Source: the human T2T-CHM13v2.0 reference genome, Homo sapiens. From it: 64,000 nt of DNA. Location: NCBI RefSeq assembly GCF_009914755.1, contig NC_060939.1. One strand, 5' to 3'. Shown here piece after piece: positions 29,279-43,619 of this stretch; within the stretch, counting starts at the first letter, position 1; every line of letters starts with the position of its first letter. The position numbers were made by a program, and so were the translations under genes. The notes beneath the pieces are model-generated. The model was not told where the DNA came from and ran no database searches. It worked only from the letters and a program-made list of their open reading frames with translations.

Positions 29279-32069
29279 TTATAAAGGTGATTATATCAAG
29301 TGAACATGAGTCAAAAATTTTAAGTAATTAATTAGTGAGGGAGCCTGAAAAAAATGTTGCCTTTGTAAATTCAAAGATCAGACAAATATATAAGCCCACC
29401 AAGAAGGCCAAATGAATTTGCTTCATAAATACAAAAACTGGCTCTTCCACAGTTGAGAGAGGAAGTCAGTTGAACTTCCACCAGGCGGGATTTGTTTGCA
29501 CATCTACAAACACAAATTATTTGCATTACTCTCACTTTTCTACACATTATCTTCTGTTTACAGAGTTGGAAAATAGCTCAGAAACCAAGGTACAAACCCC
29601 CTAGAATCAGATAACTTGGCATGTGCTCTAAACAATACAGAGTTTTAAGAGATATTTAGTTTTTTGGGTTTCATTTAAAAATATTTCAGTATCCTTACAT
29701 AACTAGCGTTGAAAGGTAAATATTAGCTAAGTTTATTACTTAAATCCTGCGTTTTGTACCATAAATGACAATGTGCAGAAAGTACCTGAATTGGCCCAAG
29801 TCAAAAAAAAAACTGTTAAAATAATAATGGAATTTAACTTTGTTGTGACATAAATAGAAAAATGATTGTTTCTAACAAGTGCTTAACTGACCCTCCAAAA
29901 ATAAAATTACTGTCTTCTATAGACGTGTACTGATGAAAAATATAGGTGTGTTAATTTTAGGATTTTATTTAAGTAATATTGCCAATTGGGACCTTTAAAT
30001 TAGTTTGGAACATGTATAGAACAGGGTGTATCATCGGCTTAAATTGATTAATAATTACTCATTAATATTGATCTTTATAGCAGCCTGTAATGTATGTTGT
30101 AGAAGACATTTCTTTAAGAAAAGCAACTAGGATAAGTCAACTTAAATGGGTACACACCATTGAAATTTGAAATTATTTTGGCACAATTGAGTTTTCTCCT
30201 TAAGTTTGTTGGAATGGCATTGAAAAACTCAATCACGTTATTTACAAGGAGTAAAATATCTTTGAAGTTTTATTTACTTTAGAATGGATTATAATGACTA
30301 GTAATAGCTATAGAGAGTACTCAGTGCTAGCACTCTTGATGCATTTTTCTACTTTTTCTTTATGAGGAATAAGCAGATCTCTCATAGTGGTGACCTTTCA
30401 CACTGTGTTTTCCTCATTGAGCAAGTGTCTTTATTGTGGCTAACTTGTGTGTGAGAAAACTGAAGCTGGCCAGGATCGTATGTACCTGGGCCTGGCCTTC
30501 TTAATAGATTACGGCATTCCACTTGATAATACCAGTGGCACAGGAGAAACTTCTACTGTTGTGCTATTTGGTAATGTGAAGACAGAAAAAGTCTTTTTAT
30601 GGTAGTTGGGTCCTCAAAACAACTCTTCATGGTTTAGTGATAAGGAGACACAAGTTGCCTATCAAACAGAGGTACATTAGCTTATTATCTACAAAGCTGA
30701 TAGAGCCTCTTAAATTCTCTCATGGTGACAGAAACCCCATCTGAAGTGAAGGCTTGCAGAGCTGGAGATACCAGAGCACTTTCCTTCCTCATAAATACAA
30801 GTAGAGTTAACCCTACTCTTGTAGAATAAAAATTGCATGTAATTGTTGAACAAAAGCTGCCTTCTTTTTTCTCTGGCAATTAAAATGTGGTCAAAGAGAT
30901 ATATACTTGGTGATTGCCATTTGTGAAAATTTCAGTGATAAGCATTACAGCTTACTAAGAAGAGCAAGACTAATTAACTAGTCTTAAAATAGATGAAAAT
31001 TGAGGGGAAATATCAGAGATTTAGGACTAGAATAAGTCAACAACTTTATGATAAGATCTGTGTGTAGGCACCTACTATATTTGTTCTGTTTCTAGTGCTG
31101 TGTAGGTTTTAAGAGTTCAATGTGTTCCAGTGTTCTGAGTGTCTACATTTTCACTCCTCATAGCTACTTGGAAAGATTTGGCAAGTAAACTTGCTACCAT
31201 GGTTGGGGGAGGATAAATGCCTTTATCCTTTAGTGCTCCCAACAACAGGACCTTTTATGGCCAAGCACACATAAAAGTCCATGTGATTACTTAGGCTCAT
31301 AGAGCCTAGTGCCATGGAGAAAATGTTGGAGAAATAGATGTTGTGTTTGCTATATGCACATGCCAAGTAATTTAATAAGCTAACGTATCTGTACTAATGA
31401 TTGTTTATGATTCTTCATGAAAAATTTTTAAAAATCACATTGAATAAAGTGAATTTTAAAAATAATTTGACTTTGGAGAATCAAAAAAATTCTTGAATCT
31501 TAATGTACTGTGCTTATGTTCTACTTCATTCAAGAAAAAAGGAGTAAAATAAACATCCATAATTATTGCTAATCATATTTTAAAGGATACTAAGATCTGC
31601 TATGAAATAATCAAAAATATCTTTAGATCTAATTTAATCGTTTATTGATGAACTTCTCTGGGACTAGTTCAGTGATCAAGCTTTGTTTCCTAACTAAGCT
31701 CTGTTAGTTAGGCTTACTTAGAAATTTTAACTTCCTAATCCTTCTCTGCAGTTGGTCAGAAAATCAAGAAGTCTCAGCCATTTCAGTGTTGAACCCTGTA
31801 ACTCTACTTTAAAATACGACCCACTAGGATTTTTTAAAAAAGAAGAAAGAAAGAAATAAGACATTCTGAAAGTAAAGGAATATTCCATATATCTTCAAGC
31901 TCTTGGTTTTTAATTTATCCTTTTAAGTACTGGACAAGTTATTTCATGATGAATTTAAGTTAAAAATAAAAATCAGAAAACCAACTGTTTTTTGCATTAT
32001 ACTAAGAAAAAAAAAGTCAGTATAATCCAGGAGATATTTTAATGGCACTCAAGAATATTCTCCAGAAAG

Positions 32070-32405
<336 letters not shown>

Positions 32406-33065
32406 TTAAATCAAACCATGAAATACACTCTGAATAACTTTTGAGTGCAAATTTTAAAAATATGTAAAGTCACTGATAATTTGTACATTCTACATAGGAG
32501 TCATTGCAGACATAAATAATTATCAAGTTTGTTGTATTTCAAAGTTATACAGGAAAGTGAATAATAGGAATGAAATTATTGGGATATTGTGCTGATTCTT
32601 TCTGTTGAGTAGGATAAAAACTCCGATAGGCAGAAAGGAAGAATACGTGAAGTTGCTGAAATGTTCAATTTATAAAGGTACGATAACTTCTCAAAGCATC
32701 ATTTTTATAGATTTCTATCTTAGTTCTTTCATGCATTGGTTATATCATATAAATTGATCAGGCTTTAATCAGATTTGAGTTTTAACTGTGAGAGCAGTGA
32801 GTCATTTAGTATTTTGAGAAGTTTAGAAAGGAAGAATCCAAACAAATATTCCTTTTCTCTTAACATACAATGGGAGAATTAATTTTACTTATATTTAATG
32901 TTTATCTTATTTGAAGAAGTAAGTACATTTGTGATCATTTAGAAACCGTTTCAGTGGCTCTTGTATAATTCAGTTCATTCCGTCTGTGCTCTCTTAATAA
33001 ATTTTACAGAAAAACTCATGGCAAGTTAGCATTATTTGTGTGTGAATTTTCCAATTGTATTTCAG

Positions 33066-33197
33066 ACTTTAAGAAAGAAAGGCCTTAATGGTTGTGAGAG
33101 CCCTGATGCTGACGATTACTTTGAGCACAGTCCACTCTCGGAGGACAGATTCAGCAAACTAAATGAAGATAGTGATTTTATTTTCAAACGAGGCCCT
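33066..33197 (+). CDS. MEF2A: MEF2A mutually exclusive exon alpha1 (TLRKKGLNGCESPDADDYFEHSPLSEDRFSKLNEDSDFIFKRGP)
   Basis: atttcag|ACT ... CCT|gtaagt. 132 nt, phase 0/0. TLRKKGLNGC start is typical of MEF2 alpha1 exons. Confidence 0.96.
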
Positions 33198-33262
33198 GTA
33201 AGTACTTTTACTTTACCTCTACTTTTTATTTGTTGATCCTTTTTGTTAACTTCATTATTTAG

Positions 33263-33400
33263 GCTCTGAACAAGAAGGAACACAGAGGGTGCGACAGCCC
33301 AGACCCTGATACTTCATATGTGCTAACTCCACATACAGAAGAAAAATATAAAAAAATTAATGAGGAATTTGATAATATGATGCGGAATCATAAAATCGCA
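33263..33400 (+). CDS. MEF2A: MEF2A mutually exclusive exon alpha2 (ALNKKEHRGCDSPDPDTSYVLTPHTEEKYKKINEEFDNMMRNHKIA)
   Basis: ttatttag|GCT ... GCA|gtgagt. 138 nt, phase 0/0. Paralogous to alpha1. Not in the ORF track; translated by hand. Confidence 0.96.
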
Positions 33401-33435
33401 GTGAGTACTAAAGTATGGTTTGTGCTTTTATCTTG

Positions 33436-33441
33436 TGCATG
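33436..33441 (+). promoter_or_regulatory. RBFOX binding motif TGCATG downstream of exon alpha2
   Basis: Exact TGCATG about 35 nt 3' of the alpha2 donor, the position associated with RBFOX-enhanced inclusion. Confidence 0.7.
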
Positions 33442-34376
33442 AAGAGATTGACCAAACATCTTGTTGCTTATTTTTATAGTGGGTGATGACAACAATAAGT
33501 AGAAGGGAAGAAATGCATTTTATTAGTATTTTTTATAAAACTTCAAAATAAAATTGCTGAAATCTTATACATGTTCAGTATCTTAAATGTAGAAGTGAAG
33601 AGAAAACATGCCGATCCAGACTTTGCTACTTCTTACCCCAATACCTTTGGATAGGGCACCTAAACATTTTGAATTCTTTCTCCATCTATAGTGAGTTGGC
33701 TCTCATGATTTTTAAGGTATCTTCCAGCTCTAAAATTCTATGATTTATAGTATAGAGTATGTATAAAACTTTCCCTCTACTCCCATGACTTAAAAACATA
33801 TGTGTTCTTAAATAGATCTTGAGAAAGCAAAATGTAAGGTAGTTAGGTTTGTTGCGAAACTTGTTTTTTTCCTAAATTATCTTCAATTATTTTGTATAGT
33901 TGCTATAATAGCAGAGCTAAGCTTACTGCTTTGCAGTTTGTAAATGTCCCCAAATCACTTAGCAACAATACCACCAGACTTTTGTTCTTTTCTTATGCTG
34001 TAGATACTAAGGAAGAGCAGCTTGGCTTAATTTTAATTTAGGGCAACAATGTTCTTAAACTGATTGCAAAACAAATAGTGACTTTACAGTTTCTGTATAC
34101 TCATTCATCTAACCATAGTGAAAGAGTATTTTTCTTTGAGCTCATGCTCCTAGACTTGATAGTTTTTCAAAGAATTCTCACTGGAAGCTCCATTGGCAAG
34201 AGCTACTTAAAACAGTTATTCTGGATCTGATTTCCTAATTCTGTATATGTAGGTCAGCCGCCCTTGAACAAATTAGTTTCAATGCTGATATTTATTTTAG
34301 CATCAGAGTTAATTCTTTCAAAACTGTGCCCTAAAGTATGCATGATGGATCATTTCTTCAGAGTAGTCCTGTATTA

Positions 34377-34952
34377 CAGGTTGGGTATTCCTTATTGGAA
34401 ATGCTTGGGACTAGAAAGTGTTTCAGATTTGGGATTTTTTTCAAAATTTGGAATATTTGCATATGTATAGTATCTTGGGGATGGGACCCAAGTCTAAACA
34501 TTAAATTTATTAATGTTTCATACATACCTTACATACTCATGGACTGAAGGAAGTTTTATACAATATTTTTCATAATTTTGTACATGAAACAAGGTTTGTG
34601 TACATGGAACCATCAGAAAGCAAAGATGTCTCTGTCTCAGCTACCCATGTCATAGGTCTTGGCTCCATGTGGAGCATCATTGGGAACCTGCTGTTAGCAT
34701 GTGTAGCCTACACACGTGCCATTTTATTACCCTTTGTGGATGTGCTTGTGTGAGGGAATCTGGGTGTGCACAGAAAAGATATATTGAAGCTGATGGCAGA
34801 CTGGAACGGTCCTTTTCCCCTTGGAGACACTGAATAAACTGTGTATTGTATGCCTGCATTTCCACATGTCAGGTTTGGAATTCTCTATGGCATCATGTTG
34901 GTGCTCAGAAAGTTTTGGATTTTGGATTTTCAGATTAGGGATGCTCAACCTG
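34377..34952. mobile_element. Tigger4/Zombi (MER46)-type DNA transposon deletion derivative
   Basis: TIRs caggttgggtattcc / gggatgctcaacctg, flanked by TA on both sides. Confidence 0.85.
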
Positions 34953-36134
34953 TATAAGAAGCCAGCTCACAAAAAAATAGCCTTAAGGAGTTACTTTTGG
35001 GCAAATACCATTATTATTCTTAAAAACAATACAGTAGCAAATAAAGGGATGTTGCTGACCTTGCAGTTAATGTTAAAGCTGCAAAGATATCGCACAAATA
35101 AAAGTGTTTTACTTTTGAAAAAAATTGTCATATACCCACTGTTTTTATATTTGTTGATGTATAATTTTTCTACATGAAATAAACTACTATTGAATAAAGT
35201 ACAATAAAATATATTCTTCCAACTTTGAATTAGCAGTGTTACCTTATTTTTGTATGTTAGTCTTTTAAAATGAGGGCAGAGTAAAGTTGTTTTATTTTCT
35301 CCCACTTTAAATTGTAAAGAGCAACATATATTTATCGTGGTTAACAAGCATATTGTAAATGGTGTGTGGAGGAAATGCAAGATGAAAATAGAAAATAGAA
35401 AAAAGGGGATATGGAATAATTTGGAGGGAGGGAAGGTTAGCATTTATAATATTTGTAATTTAATCTTTATACAATTTAAAGAAGATACCAAAAACTTTAT
35501 TACTTTTATTACTGGCTTGGTTAGTAGTTAATTTTGTTGTTTAGATTAGATTTCTTTGCATTTTCATTAAACTCAAATTGCATTGTTATGTATATAATTA
35601 CTTTTTTTTTTCTTAGTTTTGCCCTTTAGAAAGTTAGTCAATTAAATCAGAATGGGGAATATTTATGATTTATCAGATTTGACATATTAAGTTAATAATA
35701 TGTGTACACACTTTTCTCCTTCCGTTATATTTGGGATCTCTCAGTAGAAATGTAATGTTATTAAGGTTTACATTGAAGTGCCAATTTATGCTTACTTGGT
35801 GACAGTGATATATTTTGTAATGTCTAAATATGACAACACTACTTGATTATCAGGTTTATCCTCTTAAATTTGTCTTTATGAATATTTGAAATATAGAATA
35901 TAGACATTAGTATATATTAATGTATAAAGTTGAAATTGAAAAGGCTCATGTCAGTCATATTCATGTTCAAACATAATTCTAAAGAAAATAGCTTTAATCT
36001 GTAAATTGGTTAAGAACCTATCCCTATCCTCTACTTTTAGTAACTTGAGTTACCTTGCCAAATTAAAGTTCAAAAGTTACTTTGTAGATGAATACGAAAC
36101 CAACAGTTTTTTCCTTCTTTTTCTTTATTTACAG

Positions 36135-36354
36135 CCTGGTCTGCCACCTCAGAACTTTTCAATGTCTGTCACAGTTCCAGTGACCAGCCCCAATGCTTTG
36201 TCCTACACTAACCCAGGGAGTTCACTGGTGTCCCCATCTTTGGCAGCCAGCTCAACGTTAACAGATTCAAGCATGCTCTCTCCACCTCAAACCACATTAC
36301 ATAGAAATGTGTCTCCTGGAGCTCCTCAGAGACCACCAAGTACTGGCAATGCAG
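36135..36354 (+). CDS. MEF2A: MEF2A exon, Ser/Pro/Thr-rich transactivation region (PGLPPQNFSMSVTVPV...QRPPSTGNA)
   Basis: Long pyrimidine tract then tttacag|CCT, donor GCAG|gtatgt. 220 nt, phase 0/1. Inside ORF 36006..36362. Confidence 0.97.
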
Positions 36355-37140
36355 GTATGTAGTGATACCTATTATGCTGGTTCTTTAATAAAGAGGGTGA
36401 AAAAATTCATTGCTAACATAAGCAGTTTCTTATTTTGCTATTCTTTTATTGCTTTGATGAGCAAGAATCACCGATACATAATTGGCCTCATTTTAAAGTA
36501 TTTTTTTGAAAATCAATTGTGGGTGTAGCATTGTGTCATGCAAAGTAGAACAGTACTGAGAACCTGCCATTTATATGCTTTCCTTCTCATGGGAAAGCCA
36601 TACTTTGACAGGCAGAAAATTTAGTTAGATATCAGAAGCAAGGATTTAAAGTAGAGTGTGAGCCATTCATGTTAGAAATATGGGTGATAGACTACCTGAT
36701 TGGAGTTAGAGTATCTTTTACATCTCCTCCTGCCTGAATTACTTCATTAATTCAGCAAAATTTATGTTACATTTATTGTATTAGTCTATGAAATGCAGTG
36801 TCTCCTCTCTCTTAAGTCCTAGATTTAATTTAGTGATTTAATCATACTCCTTACACACTGCCCCCGTTTTTATCAGTATGTACTATTTTGGTATTGATGC
36901 AATACCACTATTTGGTATTGAAGGCGACATCAAGCTTGAAAGGTAAACTCATATATATGAGATATAATAACTACATCAGATTACATGTTAATGCCAACTT
37001 CAGACTGAGCTAGTTTTTATTTTTGTGTCTTTTTAGGATTAGAGTGAGAGTTATCTCTATTCAGTTCACGTTCAGTTAGGTAAAGAGAGCTAATTCATAT
37101 TCATTCTCTGCCCTCTGTCTTCTCTCCGTAACGTTGTTAG

Positions 37141-37200
37141 GTGGGATGTTGAGCACTACAGACCTCACAGTGCCAAATGGAGCTGGAAGCAGTCCAGTGG
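37141..37200 (+). CDS. MEF2A: MEF2A 60-nt exon (GGMLSTTDLTVPNGAGSSPV)
   Basis: CT-rich tract then gttgttag|GTG, donor GTGG|gtgagt. Phase 1/1, joins the flanking exons in frame. Not in the ORF track. Confidence 0.95.
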
Positions 37201-37497
37201 GTGAGTGAATTCCTACTCTTCTGTTTTGTAGGTATCTATCCTATATGAGATCAAAGGAATGTTGTTCCTGAAATAAAGCTTTCTGGGAAATTTCCTTCTG
37301 AAGGGTACTTTCACTAATACATCAAGATAATTTCTTAAGGGGAGACTTTCTCTAACTTCCCTGCTTACCAAAGTTAGACTGTTACCAAACTACTCTATCT
37401 TACAACAGCATGAAATGTTTTCAGAGAGACTAGAATGAAAAGAAATGGTGGGTCTATCTACTTCTACAGATAGAAAGATAATTAACATATTTGTCTT

Positions 37498-37849
<352 letters not shown>

Positions 37850-38313
37850 TCAATAAAGATATTATTAAGACAAGTTACAAAATATTTAATGACAAAGTAG
37901 GAATAAATGCCTAATTATATCTGCCACAGTATTAAATATTTTAATGGAATTAAACAGATAAGACCTATTGTGGAGTCTTACTTAACAGAAAACAATTAAA
38001 TGTGGGAAAATACATAAAGGTTGTACCAGTTAAACACTAGGGCTGCTACTCTTGTATGTGTATTTCCAAATATTTATGGTTTTTTTTCAGCTCTTGTTTT
38101 AGTTGTTTGTATGCCTACATACTGTTTTTGTGTCCCTTTTTTTTTTTATTCCCCCAACAGAATAATAAGTTCAGGGCCTACCAAGAATTGTGAGAGCCTA
38201 ATATGCTTCTCTCACATTGGGTTGACACCCCAAAAGGCTGGACTCTAGAAGTAAAGTAAACCAGAGATAAACAGTTCTTCTCAGTAGTGACATCTTACAG
38301 ATGCATCATACAG

Positions 38314-38576
<263 letters not shown>

Positions 38577-38665
38577 TTGTTAAAATTAGATCGTAGTGAT
38601 TAGAAATTAGATTTAGGGGTTCCAGAATGCCCGGAAAAGCAAATAGTCTCTGGAAGAATAAAATA

Positions 38666-38898
<233 letters not shown>

Positions 38899-38899
38899 C

Positions 38900-41500
38900 A
38901 CCATCTCAGACCTTATTATTTCTAACTTGGCACATAAGCTGAACTAGGCACACACACAAATAAAGCAAATGAAAACTTGCAGAAATAAACAAACAATGGA
39001 ATCAGCCTCCTGGGAACTCCAGAATTTGGAGTTACTAGGCACAGACTTTGACTTTAATATAACAGTGTTTACTGTGTTCAAGGGTATTTAAAAAACAAAA
39101 AGATTGAGAATTTTAGCAGAGAACTGAAATTTATTTAAAAAATGGAAATTTTAGAACAAAAAAACCCCGTAATGTTAAGAACTTAACAGATGGGCTTAAA
39201 AACAGATTGGACAAAGCAAATACAAGAATTAAGAAACTAAAAGATAAGATAGAAGAAAATTATCCAGAATTTTGGAGACACAAAGGGATGGAAAATTAAA
39301 AAGAAGACCCAGAGCATGCAATAAAAAGGACTAGCATACGTTAAATTGAAGTCCCAGGAAGCAAAGTCAGAGAAAATTGGGCAGAAGCAGTATTTGAAGA
39401 GATAATCACTGAGAATTTTCCAAAACTAACAACAACAAAAAAGCCACAAATTGGGAAGGCCTATAAAACTCAACGTGGAATACAGATAATGCTGTGCTTT
39501 ATGAGAAATTTAAACCTTTATGAACAAAAGACTGGAGATGGTGAGCTAAACCTCCTTCTCAGGAAGTCAGAAAAGGACAGCAAATTAAACATAAAGTAGG
39601 TAGAACCAAATAACAAAGATACAAGCATTGAAATAGAAAATAGAAAATTTTCTATTTCAGGCATGGTGAAACAGATGATCTCATACGTGCTTTTGTGGTA
39701 TTGTAAATCAGTAACAATCTTTCTGGAAAGGTTTTGGCAAGATGTTTCAGTGGTCATAAAAATACAAGTATTGATACTGAAATAGAAAAACAAATTGAAT
39801 TAACAAAACAAATACTGATTATTTAAAAGACTAATAAAATGGAATGTTTTCACTAATATTCAATTCGAAATATTTTCTAATTTCCATTATATCTTTTTCT
39901 TTAACCCAACTTGTAAGTTATTTAGAATTATATTTCTTAATTTCAAATACATGGAGATTTTCCAGTTATCTTTGAGATATTATTTTCTAGCCAGATTGTT
40001 TTGTTACCAGAGAACTTACCTCTATATGATTAAGTTCTCTGAAATTTGCTGATACTTTTTTATAGGCCAGCATGTGCTCAATTTTTGTCTGTGTTGTGTA
40101 CTGGAAAGGAATGTTTATTCTGTATTATAAGCATGGATTGCAAATTCTACTTGTTTTAAATACGTTTTATCTGTATATATGTCATAACTTACTGTATCAG
40201 CTCCAGTTTAGAAACTCGTGATAGGTCAGTTCCAGATAGTTTTGCGTTACCTTTAAACCATATCATTTTTACCAATATTGTCATTTTCAAATACGTAATT
40301 TGTTTATAGGCGAGTCTTCCATTTGCCTTGTTCGTATTTTAATTTTTGTTGCATCTTCTGCCTGCTTCCCTAAAATTGGAATACTTCAGGCCCATGTACT
40401 GCTGAAAGAAGAGGCATCCTTGAGACTTTTAAAGCACTGAACGAACTCAGGAAAGGCAAAGACTTCTTAAATAAGAAACCAAAGAAAGTCTAATGGAAAG
40501 ACTGATTGATTTGCTTGTGTGAAAATTGGAAACTTTGTGAATCAAAAGCACTGTAAAGAGAGTAAAAAGGCAAGACAGAATGGGAGAATATATATAGTAT
40601 GTATACAATCAATAGAGAGGTTTTTTTTTAAGAATACCTACAAATCAGTAAGAAAAAGAAAACTCGACTTTTGAAAATGTGCATGAGAACACATCACTTC
40701 ACAAAAGAAATGTCTGATAAATGTGAAGAAATGCTCAGTCTCAGTAGTCATGGAAATGCAAAATTAAACCACAAAGAGAGAACACTGCACACCCACCAGA
40801 ATTGCTAAGATGAAATAGATGGTATACCAAATATTGACAAAGCTATGAAAAAGCACAAACTCATACACTGGTAATGGGAGTACAAGTTGTTGCAACCATT
40901 TGGCATTATCTGCCTAAGCTGCAGATACGTGTATTGTGTGACCCAGCATTTTCACTCATCCTTATGTACTGTAGAGAAATGCATTTGTGCATCACGAGTA
41001 CCAAGAGATATGTAAAAGAATGTGTACAACATTATGTTAAAGTCATTGTCTAGAAATAGTACAGATCTCTGTCAACAGTAGAATGGATAAATATAAGAGT
41101 ACATTCATATGAAAGAATATTATACTGCAGTGAAAATGAAATCACAGCAGTTCTCAACATGGATGAATGTCACCAAACATTATGAATTAAAGAAGATAGA
41201 TACATACTCAAGATTCTAACTATATAAAGTTTGAAAAGCAGGCCAAAAAAACTATAGTGTTTGGGATGCTTGTGTAGATAGATGGCAGAGCCATAAAGAA
41301 AAACCAAGAAATTACTGTAAAATTCACAATAGTGGTTACTTTGGGTAGGTGGGACTCTCGGAATATTTTAGGGGGCCCAATTATGGAAACTTCTGGGGTT
41401 CTGGCAGTATTCTTAATCTGAATGGTGGTTACGTGGATCTTCACTTTATGATAAATCCTTAACCTATACGTTTTTGTTTTGTACATTTTCTGTTTATGTG
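38900..41500. mobile_element. Cluster of old L1M fragments (mostly sense, antisense piece about 39845-40140)
   Basis: Degenerate ORF1 (gcagaagcagtatttgaagagataat), ORF2 end and 3' UTR motifs. Confidence 0.65.
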
Positions 41501-43512
41501 TTACATTAGCAAGAAAACAGTTTTGAAAATAAAAGAATACACTAGATATAATAATAAAGGAACTATAACAACAAATATAAAGGCACTTTTTAAATTATAA
41601 GAGAAAATAATGTACATTTTGTGGTATTTATACTATTCCAAAATTCAGAGAGAAAATGTATAGACACTCAACACTCACATTCATGCACAAACTAGAGGTA
41701 GCCTTTGAGTCTTTGGACATTGTTGTCTGCATGTGGCAGCTGGAACTCAGCACCCATCTTAAGATCATGAGACAAGTCAGTTTAAGATGACAGGTCAAAA
41801 TGCCAAGGTTGATGAAGTGAAAAGCTGGTGGCCCTCAGTGTTGAGCTGCTGAAGCAGCTGAGTCTGGGACCACTCTTCCCCTAGTCTTTTTATGTGAGAT
41901 AATACGTGTTGCTCATTCTCCAGAGGAAAAAAGCAAGATAAAATCCAAGCAACAGATAGGGGAATGTTTAGTAATGGACATTTAATTGTACCAAAATACA
42001 CAATTCAAAAAAGAAACCTAACTAGTATTTTAAAAACTGAAAAGGTTGTTCATCATTGGTAGTATTCATGAAATTCAAATTAAAATGACAAAAAAAAATA
42101 CTACTCTTACTTACTAATTCCCAACTATTAGCACTTTTTATTGTGATATTCAGTGCTAATGAAGGCATGGTGAAACTGATGATCTCATGCATGCTTTTGT
42201 GGCATTGTAAATTAGTAACAATCTTTCTGGAAAGGTTTTGGCAAGAGGTTTTAGTTGTCATAAAAATGTTTATACCTCCAAGCCCACTAATCCCATTTTT
42301 GGGAATCTCTCCTGAAGAGGTAAGTTAGAATAAGCAAAGCTTCATTGCAACTTTATTTGTAGTAATGAATAATAGGAAGAAATCAACATATTCAACAATA
42401 TGAAAATGAAGTAAATGAAATTTCAACTGAATTTCTTTTTAGTTGTGATTTAAAACGAGCAAAAAATATGAGCATGGAAAACAAAAAGGGAAAAATCCAA
42501 AGAGATTATAATACTTAAGATGGTGGGACTGTGTTTTTCACTCTTTTTCTAGTTTCAGTGATGCTGTATTAATACAGTTACCTCTACAGTCATAACATCT
42601 TTATTGTAGTAAATTAGAATATTTCTTTATTTATTACTTATAACTTGTTTTCCATTGTCATCTGTGCAAATAAAACTTGGCAGCTTTGTACATATTGTAA
42701 TTTGTATAGATCTTTCATAGAGGTAATTTGCTTATTTGTTTATGATTTACTAGGTATATTTCTCTATGGGGAGTTTAATACTGGGTTTATACTATAGTTC
42801 AAATGACTTTGGGGACTTTTTACTTTGGGCACACTTTAAAATATCAAGCATAAAATAAAGTCAGATATCCAACAACTTCACTTTTTAAAAACACGTTGAG
42901 AAAGAGAAAAAACATATATGGTACTAGACATAGAAAGGCTCAAGATGCTCTTGGAATTATTTGGGGTTAAATGAAGGTAAAATAAGGGTTTGCATTGTAG
43001 CAGGCACATTGGCAGTTAAAAAGAAGAGATGGAAGAGGTGAAAGATATCATGAAGAAAGCTTGATTGCTCTGAAGGTGGGGATGGGATGGCGGAGGACAG
43101 CAGTAGTTGAAGTCTTTAGAACAAGCTGAGTTGAGATGACAGCAGCATGTCTGGGTGAAAGTGGCCACCAGATTATTGAATATGTACTGGAAATTAGGAA
43201 AGATAAAGCAGAAACCCAGTTTTCAGTCATTCACATGGAGGTGATAGTTGAAGTTGTATGTGCTTCAGCATTCATGCTTCATGAAGATGCTGAAGTTTCT
43301 GAAAGAGAAGAAGATATGTTGCCTTTTGGGGGCTGCCCACATGGGATAGAGATGGGGAATACAGTATTCAGAAAGAAAAGAAGCAGACCCCATGAGCATT
43401 GCCTATTTTTGTTATAAATTTTTGTTGGACAGGATCCATGTTGTCCATCTTACAAGACATTTCATTGAATCAAGTACACATGCATTCAATTATTTCAAAA
43501 CCTGTGATCTTT

Positions 43513-43619
43513 ATTATTTTATTTTATTTTAGACTAGTCAGGTGCAGTAGTGAGAAGGGGGTAAAGAGTAGAACAAGGAGTTGGATAAGTTGAGATAACT
43601 CACTGCCTTCGAACCAGCC
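43513..43619 (-). pseudogene. Y RNA (hY1/RNY1-type) retropseudogene with internal deletion
   Basis: Minus strand reads GGCTGGTTCGAAGGCAGTGAGTTATCTCAA...AACTCCTTGTTCTACTCTTTACCCCCTTCTCACTACTGCACCTGACTAGTCT followed by an A-rich tail. TSD ctgt(g/a)atcttt at 43502-43512 and 43620-43630. Confidence 0.93.

Noticed and set aside
31689-31712. 9-bp hairpin cctaactaa / ttagttagg and similar short palindromes
   Set aside because: Expected by chance in 64 kb of AT-rich DNA.
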